64,000 nucleotides of DNA from Candidatus Omnitrophota bacterium (GTDB lineage Bacteria > Omnitrophota > Gorgyraeia > Zapsychrales > JANLHA01), in contig JBFMEN010000062.1 of assembly GCA_040753435.1 (NCBI GenBank), forward strand, positions 6,726 through 70,725, read 5' to 3'. The position numbers and the translations under genes were made by a program. The notes below the pieces were generated by a model. That model was not told where the DNA came from. It did not search any database and saw only the letters and a program-made list of their open reading frames with translations. This document shows, in pieces, positions 20,061 to 27,323 of the stretch (positions within the stretch are counted from its first letter, which is position 1; every line of letters starts with the position of its first letter).

Positions 20061-23000
20061 TTACTGATTTAATAAAACCGGCAGGTCGTAAACAGGCTGG
20101 ATTTGAATGATGACCGGGGTCAGCCCCTGGATGGGCAATTCGGGATTAACGCGAAGTTCATCCGGAATGTTTAACCGGATGCCTTGCCCCCGGCGACCGA
20201 GTTTGAGCCGGGAGGGATTAAGATCAATACCGCCCGGCGGTTGATCTGCTCCTGTCCTGGCGGAATCAACGGATTGTTTGATCTGCTTGATTTTTTTTGT
20301 CAGTAATTCATCATGTCCTCCGAACATCGCATATTGCAAAGCGCGCAGCAAGTAGTGCGGATGATAAGCATCTTTTCCTCCGGAAAATGTTTTTCCTTTT
20401 AATGCGATGGATCTCGCCTTTCCCTGCAAATGCAGCCGCGCCGTCTTTCCGTCAGCCGTTATGACAAGCCATTCTCCGTCGAACGACAATTTCAGAATCT
20501 CGCCCTGGACATAGTATTCGCCCAGCTCATGAAATATGGAAATGCTGTTATCGGATAAATCCCGGGCCAGAGCGATCAGCTTTTTTTCAAAAGAAGCGAT
20601 GCCGAGGAAATCCGCAACCGGATCGGTAAACAGCCTGAGCTCCGGCGGTGAATTTTCCAGTAATCGCAGGAATGCGTCGATGATCTGCTGATTATGCGGG
20701 TTGACACTCTCATTTTTTAATCCGGTTAAAGCAGTCTCAAGATGCCCGCGGCCGTTCTCGACCGTTATCAGATCCCGCACGCCGAGCAAATGGTTTTCCC
20801 TGTCGTAAAGATGGAGTTCATCTTCCCCGCCATCATCATTGCTGACAATTTCTCCGTGAGCGTTTTTGCCGATCAAACCGGCGAGGACGGGAATCGTTTC
20901 ATTAAGAAAAGGTTCTGTGACCCGATCCTCCTTCTGCCCAAATGAGAAATACCGGACGCTTCCGTCACCGTTATGGTTAACACCCAAAAGCGCCCGTAAT
21001 TGCCGCTGTTGTTCGGGCGTTAACGTTATAAAGATCGTAAGGTCTTCCCTGAAGGCGATCTTTTCAATTGTTTCCGCCCGGACGATGTGTTTGCCTTTGA
21101 GCTCGCTGTCTTCTCCGGTCGCTTCCTTAATCCCTTTCAGCATTGTCGATCTGGGATCTTCTTCGGATTCGGAAAAACCCGTGGCTTGCGTTCCGCGATT
21201 TGCTGCGGTCACGATGCTGAAGGAATCTGTGATCGTTATTGACGCCTTTTGAAGGAGGTTCAGGACCCGGGTAGCATAATCCCCGCAGTAGCAGGAGTCG
21301 ATCATAATAACGAGGTCCGAAAGAACGCCTCCGGAACCAGAGGCCCGTTCGATGAGATCATCTGCGAGTTCCTTGTAGCTGATTCCGTCGGGATGCGAGA
21401 GGTTCTCTGATTTTTCTTTGCCTTCCTGCCCGCCGCGCAGCCAGAAATGATTTGGACCGCCGTGGCCGTTAAGGTAAATAAAGGTCTTTCCTGGAGAAGT
21501 CCGGATCTCTTTTCTCAGCGCGTCCTTTCCGTAATAAGCCAAACCGTCGTAGGCCTTGACGCGCTTATCGAAAGAGTCTTCGCCGGGTCTGGCGCCGATG
21601 AACTGGCTGATGAAATTTTTAATATATTCTGTTGAAAAGATAAGGCTGTCGTCATTGGTGCCGATAATAACGGAGTAGCCCCGATCAAGAAGTGTTTTTT
21701 CAAGAAAGTCTTCGCGGATTTTGAGGATGAACGGGATGAGCGCGGAGATCTTTTCATCATCCAGGCCCAGGCCGTGTGTTTTTAAAACAGTGTCAACCGC
21801 GCGCGCGACGGAGAATTGGTTCACGGAATGAAGGTCTTTTGTCATTTTACTGAATTCTTTATTTGAGTAGATCAGCAGATAATCTTGCAGCGAAATGACC
21901 CCCTTGCCCAGTTCAGCCCAGCGATAGGAGAGATTAAGAAAAAGCCTTTTTTGCGGATGTTCATTCGATAAATTGAACCCGACGGCCCATATCGCCCATG
22001 TTGCGATGCCCTTGTCCTCCTCATAAAGTTTGAGGATCGCAGGAAGGAGGTGATTTTTTAAGATACCTTCCGGATCTGCCCCGATGCTTTGACTGACTGT
22101 TCCGATCGCGTCCACTGCCTGGTTGAAGACTTCGTCATTCTCATCTTTTAATCCGTAATTGAAGATGACAGGAATAATTTCATTTTTAAGGAGCGGGAGG
22201 TCGGTCAATCCCATCTTGGCCAGCGAAGAGATGGCCCAGTCGGCGGATATGCCGTCTTTGTTCCTGATTCCGTTCAGAATTGAGTTGATGATCGCAAGTC
22301 TTGCCGGAGATTCTTCAGGAACTTCTTCCCGGATGTTTTCCAGAACCATGGCGGCATGAAGCCGGAACCATTCGGAAAAGAAAAGGGAGTGGACCAGGGT
22401 GGGAATAATCTTTTCTTCAAGAACCGGATCATCTTTCAGCTGCAGGGCAGCATTTTTCAGCAGGGCAAATGACCTGATTCCAAGGTTCTCATCCAGCAGA
22501 AAAGGCAGGAGATGTTTTTTGGTGAATTCTGGTTCCTGAAGATCAATGATGGCCTGGCCGGCGCCCTTAATAATGATACCGGCGGAGATTTCTCTCCTTG
22601 CGATCAAATCCAGTACCGGTTGAATGACGCGGGTTTTGACGAAATGTTTCTTGCCGGCGGTATCCGCGTCTCCGTCCATTTTTGCGATGATGGTGAAGAT
22701 AGTGTTTTCTATTGCCTGGTCCGGATTCCTGTCCTTCAGCCTGGAGATCAGGAAATCAACTGCTTCCGGTCCCATCGCCGTCAGTTCCTTCCACTGCCGG
22801 CCGGCATAATAAAAAATTTTCTTGTCTTCCGGCAGTAGAGGCTCCCAGCCGATTTTTTTCAACACATCAGCGCCGTGCAGGCGGACCGACGGTTCGGGAT
22901 TGGTCAGATTGCCCCGGAATTTATTAATAATCATATCTTTGACGGGATTCGGCTGTGAAAATGATCGCGCAACCAGGATCAGTTCCCCGGACACGTCGCC

Positions 23001-25124
23001 AGGCGCGGCCAGCAGCAGGCCGGTGATTTGTTTTTTCAAAGGATTTGAATCCGGCACTGATGCGGCGATTCTGGCGAGCGCCCGGAATGGAGAATTTTCA
23101 CCGGTCATTGTTGATTCGGCCGCTTCGTCAATCAGGAAAAGACTGATTTTTTGAATAGCCTTTTTATCACAATGGGGGGAAGATGCGATCATTCCCAGGA
23201 CAGTGTAAGGGGAAGTGTCTTCAATATATTTTTCAGATGACGCTTTTTCTATCATTAACGGGATGACTCGTTGAGTGACGTAGTCCTGATCCGGGAGCGA
23301 GGCCGAGATGACGCCGATCGTCCAGAAGAGATCCTGTTTGAACGGGAGCCCGTTGTCATTGACGGCTTTAAGCAGAAGATCCAGGGCCGCGGCTCCCGCT
23401 TCGGCCAGGGCATCCCATTTTTCATGCGCGAGCAGGTATCCGATGTAGGCCTGGCCATCGCCGGGTCTTTTCGGTTGCGCGTTGCTTTGTTCAAGGATTC
23501 CGGCGGCGATTTTGCGGATATCGTTGTTATTGACGTTTTCAAGAATTTTTAAAGCGGCCGGGATGACCATCGTCCGGATCCGCGGATCTGGTTTATCTTT
23601 TTCCGCGGTTTCCCCAACAGATACAAGATCGGGGCGGTTTTCCGCAAGCGCGATCCGGTACAGTAACTTCGCGGCCTCTTCACGGACTCTCCAGGGTTCT
23701 TTTTCATCAAGAATGGCGTCGATGAGTAAGGGAGCCGCGGCCAGCCCGGTTACGATGACTGGTTCAGCAAACGAAAGGATGTTCTGCCGGTAAAGATCGA
23801 GATGGCTTTTGACCCTTTCCCGTGCAGTAGCATTGATATTCTTTTTTTCCTCATCGGTTAACGGAGCGGCGCGCACCAGGGACTCTTCTGCCGGGAAAAA
23901 TGCCTTTTTGTCGATCTGCTCATTTGAAAGATAATCAGGATTGATCCTGACGATTAGATTCTGATCAGCGCCGGCATCAATCAATCCGGAACCGCTGTTT
24001 AACAGGAGCGCGGAGGCTAAAACGACAAGACCCCGGATCCCTTTTTTAACAATTCCGGCTGATTGTTTGTTCAAAGGTTTTCTAATGATTTTTTTGCTGA
24101 TGTCTTTCCCGAAATCCGCTCCGCCGGAAAAATATCTTTTTGGGGTTGATGTTCTGGTCGCGGGATCGTATTCCTCGCGGATGTAGTCATAAACGCCTTT
24201 TTGGAAGGCTTCGAGATAACGCCGGTAAATTTTCGACGTTGCATCCGTGTCCTCAATATTGATCCCGTTCACCAGGTTCCGGTCTGCGTAAACTTTGTTC
24301 AGGATCGCTTCCTTGAGGTTTTCCTTGAACCAGGCGGCCAGGATCAGCGCGTGATAAATCTGTCTGAGCTGGGCGAAATGAGCGCCCTGATTGACCTCGC
24401 GTTCGATCTCGGGGATAATGATTTCTTTTAACACTTCCCGGCGGAATTCCGTTTCTTCAGGATTATCATGGGTTTCATTGGCGGAACCTTGGTAGTCGCT
24501 TTCCAGCATGACTTTGAGCCGGCTTTCCTGGATGCAGGCGATGTCCTGGTCTTCATAAATAACTGCGGATTCTGGAACGATCCAGACTTTGTTAAAGGCG
24601 TCTACAGGGATATCTGTTGTCCCGTAACGGGCCAGCGCTTTTTCCCGGACGGTTTTCCAGAATTTTTTTCCGGGCGTTTCTTCCGGATACATAAGTGAGG
24701 CGGTCAGTTGTTTTAAAATATAATCCTGTGCAAGAAGGTCGCGGCCCATTTCGGTTTGGCCGAATTTATCAGGGATAATGCGATCCTTTTCCATGGGGGA
24801 GAGGTTGACCCAGAGGTCTTCTTCCGGCACGGTTAAAGACGCCATAAAATACTGGATGATTTTTTTTGATTCCGCTTCCAGCGCGATTGCATCAGGTGCC
24901 TGGTCACCGGTATCGATGATAAAGTCAAAATGGAACGGGTTTTCCGGATCGATGATAACGCCCTTTAAAAGTGGCGGGGTAAAAATTTTGCTTGGGGCGA
25001 CCATGGCGCCGGGTACAGGAAGGTTGAGCAGTTCCTGGGTATAGGCGGGAGTAAGCGCCGAATTCACAGAAAAAGACGCCAGAATCAGGCAGAGAACACT
25101 GTTTTTGATGAACTTGTTTATCAT
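20061..25124 (-). CDS. Large modular exported protein (paralog 1): signal peptide, conserved N-domain, HEAT/PBS-like repeats, clan CD (caspase/legumain-like) peptidase domain, conserved GGIDLN C-terminal motif
   Basis: ~1687 aa from MINKF; termini shared with 27324-29849; FIYLNGHGG and IMIDSCY dyad motifs. Confidence 0.85.
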   Translation of the reverse strand: MINKFIKNSVLCLILASFSVNSALTPAYTQELLNLPVPGAMVAPSKIFTPPLLKGVIIDPENPFHFDFIIDTGDQAPDAIALEAESKKIIQYFMASLTVPEEDLWVNLSPMEKDRIIPDKFGQTEMGRDLLAQDYILKQLTASLMYPEETPGKKFWKTVREKALARYGTTDIPVDAFNKVWIVPESAVIYEDQDIACIQESRLKVMLESDYQGSANETHDNPEETEFRREVLKEIIIPEIEREVNQGAHFAQLRQIYHALILAAWFKENLKEAILNKVYADRNLVNGINIEDTDATSKIYRRYLEAFQKGVYDYIREEYDPATRTSTPKRYFSGGADFGKDISKKIIRKPLNKQSAGIVKKGIRGLVVLASALLLNSGSGLIDAGADQNLIVRINPDYLSNEQIDKKAFFPAEESLVRAAPLTDEEKKNINATARERVKSHLDLYRQNILSFAEPVIVTGLAAAPLLIDAILDEKEPWRVREEAAKLLYRIALAENRPDLVSVGETAEKDKPDPRIRTMVIPAALKILENVNNNDIRKIAAGILEQSNAQPKRPGDGQAYIGYLLAHEKWDALAEAGAAALDLLLKAVNDNGLPFKQDLFWTIGVISASLPDQDYVTQRVIPLMIEKASSEKYIEDTSPYTVLGMIASSPHCDKKAIQKISLFLIDEAAESTMTGENSPFRALARIAASVPDSNPLKKQITGLLLAAPGDVSGELILVARSFSQPNPVKDMIINKFRGNLTNPEPSVRLHGADVLKKIGWEPLLPEDKKIFYYAGRQWKELTAMGPEAVDFLISRLKDRNPDQAIENTIFTIIAKMDGDADTAGKKHFVKTRVIQPVLDLIARREISAGIIIKGAGQAIIDLQEPEFTKKHLLPFLLDENLGIRSFALLKNAALQLKDDPVLEEKIIPTLVHSLFFSEWFRLHAAMVLENIREEVPEESPARLAIINSILNGIRNKDGISADWAISSLAKMGLTDLPLLKNEIIPVIFNYGLKDENDEVFNQAVDAIGTVSQSIGADPEGILKNHLLPAILKLYEEDKGIATWAIWAVGFNLSNEHPQKRLFLNLSYRWAELGKGVISLQDYLLIYSNKEFSKMTKDLHSVNQFSVARAVDTVLKTHGLGLDDEKISALIPFILKIREDFLEKTLLDRGYSVIIGTNDDSLIFSTEYIKNFISQFIGARPGEDSFDKRVKAYDGLAYYGKDALRKEIRTSPGKTFIYLNGHGGPNHFWLRGGQEGKEKSENLSHPDGISYKELADDLIERASGSGGVLSDLVIMIDSCYCGDYATRVLNLLQKASITITDSFSIVTAANRGTQATGFSESEEDPRSTMLKGIKEATGEDSELKGKHIVRAETIEKIAFREDLTIFITLTPEQQRQLRALLGVNHNGDGSVRYFSFGQKEDRVTEPFLNETIPVLAGLIGKNAHGEIVSNDDGGEDELHLYDRENHLLGVRDLITVENGRGHLETALTGLKNESVNPHNQQIIDAFLRLLENSPPELRLFTDPVADFLGIASFEKKLIALARDLSDNSISIFHELGEYYVQGEILKLSFDGEWLVITADGKTARLHLQGKARSIALKGKTFSGGKDAYHPHYLLRALQYAMFGGHDELLTKKIKQIKQSVDSARTGADQPPGGIDLNPSRLKLGRRGQGIRLNIPDELRVNPELPIQGLTPVIIQIQPVYDLPVLLNQ

Positions 25125-25310
25125 TCTCTTCTCAGGTAAAAAAGGTAATATAAGGAATTTAAAGCTAAGCATAGAACATTTTTGAGCAAAAAACCAGTGC
25201 TTCCCCGGGTTATTTTATTCAAAAGTGGACACTTTTTGACGAATTCCGGCCGGATATTCTTCCGATATTTCAGGACCTGCCGTGCTTGCAGATTAACTTG
25301 TCCCTGTTCG

Positions 25311-25338
25311 TTGACATCCCGGTCTGATCGGCTATAAT
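25311..25338 (+). promoter_or_regulatory. Sigma70 promoter for the Met-rich protein gene
   Basis: TTGACA-16 nt-TATAAT. Confidence 0.75.
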
Positions 25339-25389
25339 TTCATGGGATGAGACAAACGATGGATTGATTCATAACGATGGAGGTGTGTG

Positions 25390-25848
25390 ATGAGAAAAGG
25401 TTTATTAAGTGCAGTGATGGTTTTGGCCCTGATGGTTTCTCCGGTTTTTGCGCAAGAGCCGGCAGCGCCGCAGGAAGGCACAGTTCAGCCGGGGGCCGGT
25501 TACGGCTATGGCATGAAAAATCGTGAAATGATGGGGCGCGGCAAGTTCCTGGAGAAGAAGATGATGATGGGAAAGATGTGTGCCGCGGGCGACATCATGA
25601 AAATCATGATGAAGACGACCGTGACTGTCACGCCCGATGGCGGCGTTATTGTCTTGCGGGGAAACAGTCTGGCGAAGTATGACAAAAATCTGAATCTCGT
25701 CAAAGAGGTTCAATTGAAAGACATGACCGAAGAGATTCAGCAGAAGATGCAAAAGATGATGAAGGAATGCCCGGTGATGCAGCAGAGAATGGGTGATGAT
25801 GATATGATGATGGAACCCGAAGAGATGGAGCCTGAGCCGGCGGAATAA
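25390..25848 (+). CDS. Secreted methionine-rich protein
   Basis: GGAGG SD, Sec signal peptide (VFA|QE), ~20 Met in ~130 mature residues. Confidence 0.85.
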   Translation: MRKGLLSAVMVLALMVSPVFAQEPAAPQEGTVQPGAGYGYGMKNREMMGRGKFLEKKMMMGKMCAAGDIMKIMMKTTVTVTPDGGVIVLRGNSLAKYDKNLNLVKEVQLKDMTEEIQQKMQKMMKECPVMQQRMGDDDMMMEPEEMEPEPAE

Positions 25849-25858
25849 TTTTTTTTGT

Positions 25859-25891
25859 GAGTAGAGACGTCCCGGCGGGACGTCTCTACTC
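25859..25891. repeat. REP-like palindrome (GTAG-family)
   Basis: GAGTAGAGACGTCCCG-G-CGGGACGTCTCTACTC perfect hairpin. Confidence 0.8.
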
Positions 25892-25910
25892 GAGGTGGTG
25901 TGAACATATC

Positions 25911-25934
25911 GGGCGGGTTTTCCCGCCCTTTTTT
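25911..25934 (+). terminator. Rho-independent terminator
   Basis: GGGCGGG-TTTT-CCCGCCC followed by TTTTTT. Confidence 0.85.
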
Positions 25935-26135
25935 ATCGCGATTGCAGGAAAGGGAACTCACTTCCCTGTAATAAAAAATAATTAGTGACAGGCACGCTTT
26001 AATTTTTTGAAAGGAAAAGTGAAGAGCGAAGAGCGAGGGGTGACCAGGAGCGAATTAAAAAAGAACGAAAATGCTTATTAAATTTGTTTAGGGAAAAATA
26101 AGGGAGCAAAACAATTTCAAAAAGGAGAGAAGGCG

Positions 26136-27278
26136 ATGAGCACGAAACCGGCGAAAATGAAAGACCGTAAATTATTGGCCGGTCATCCGCCGGCACAAAC
26201 CCTTCTTGCTTCCCCGTTAGACAGTTCTTACTCACGATTATTAACTGATATCACCACTGCCTTTCGTACCGGACTTCTTCAGGCGCAGCAACTGCTCGAA
26301 TACGCGCGGCTTGAGACCCACTGGCTGGTCGGGCGGCACATCGTTGTTTACGCCGCGTTTCCGCACAGCGCTTACCCGCTCACTACAGAATTTTACATTA
26401 AACTGAGCAATGATCTGCGTGAGCAGGAAGGGATCGAGATGAGCAAGGACATGCTTCAGCGTTCGGCACAGTTTTTCCGCAATTATGAAATCTTCCCTGA
26501 CCGAACACCGCTGACATGGACGCATTATCTCATCCTGATGCGGGTGACCGATGAAAAAATACGTCTTCAACTGGAGCGCAAGGCGATCAAACAAGGATTT
26601 ACCGTCAAGGAATTAATGGCTGAGTTGGACCGGTTAAAACTGGAGAGCTCTGTCATTCAGATCAACTCCGCCGGCAAACTGGTCTTTGAGCGCGGCAAAC
26701 CTTACACGTACCGGATTTGCGAGAACGAGGATGTGGAAGGGAAAAAGATCCTGGCCATCGATTGCGGTTTCGGCATGTGCCGGGATATCCCGAAGGGAAC
26801 CAGGCAACAGTTAAGTTCCGGGCAGATAGTCTGCACGCAAAAGAGGGCGGACGGCGAATACAGTCTGACCGCGAATAACAAGCGCCGCGGACAGAATTAC
26901 ACCTATCCTGCCAGAGTCCTTAAAATCATCGACGGCGACACGCTTGATCTTCGGATCGACCTTGGATTTTATTTGCGGCTGATCTGTGAGCGCGTCCGCC
27001 TGCGCGGGATCGACGCGCCGGAAATGACCGGGAAGGGCGGGCCCGGAGCCAAAGATTTTCTTGTCAAAACTCTTTCGAAATGTCCCGTTATTGTGGTCCG
27101 CACCACCAAAGCATCCGGGCAGGAGGCTCCCGACGCCAAAGAAAAATTCGGCCGCTGGCTGGTTGATGTGTTTTTTCTGCCGGAGAATGATGATGCGACG
27201 GAGATTGCGGAAAAAGGGATGTATCTGAATCAGTTGATGCTGGATGAAGGCCATGCGGAGATTTACAGGATCAAGTAG
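26136..27278 (+). CDS. DUF1016 (YhcG) N-terminal domain fused to a thermonuclease (SNase-like) domain
   Basis: W.VGRHIV, KLS.DL, LTWTHY..LM, A....FTVKEL (YhcG-N); IIDGDT, VRLRGIDAPE, EKFGRWL, LN..ML.EG.A (SNase). Confidence 0.85.
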   Translation: MSTKPAKMKDRKLLAGHPPAQTLLASPLDSSYSRLLTDITTAFRTGLLQAQQLLEYARLETHWLVGRHIVVYAAFPHSAYPLTTEFYIKLSNDLREQEGIEMSKDMLQRSAQFFRNYEIFPDRTPLTWTHYLILMRVTDEKIRLQLERKAIKQGFTVKELMAELDRLKLESSVIQINSAGKLVFERGKPYTYRICENEDVEGKKILAIDCGFGMCRDIPKGTRQQLSSGQIVCTQKRADGEYSLTANNKRRGQNYTYPARVLKIIDGDTLDLRIDLGFYLRLICERVRLRGIDAPEMTGKGGPGAKDFLVKTLSKCPVIVVRTTKASGQEAPDAKEKFGRWLVDVFFLPENDDATEIAEKGMYLNQLMLDEGHAEIYRIK

Positions 27279-27300
27279 AGGCAAAATTTTGCGTCTCTAC
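27275..27300. repeat. Second REP-like palindrome overlapping the nuclease stop codon
   Basis: GTAGAG-GCAAAATTTTGC-GTCTCTAC; same GTAGAG...CTCTAC ends as the 25861 copy, 2-nt deletion in the left arm. Confidence 0.7.
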
Positions 27301-27323
27301 CAAGGATAAATCTTAGATATCTA

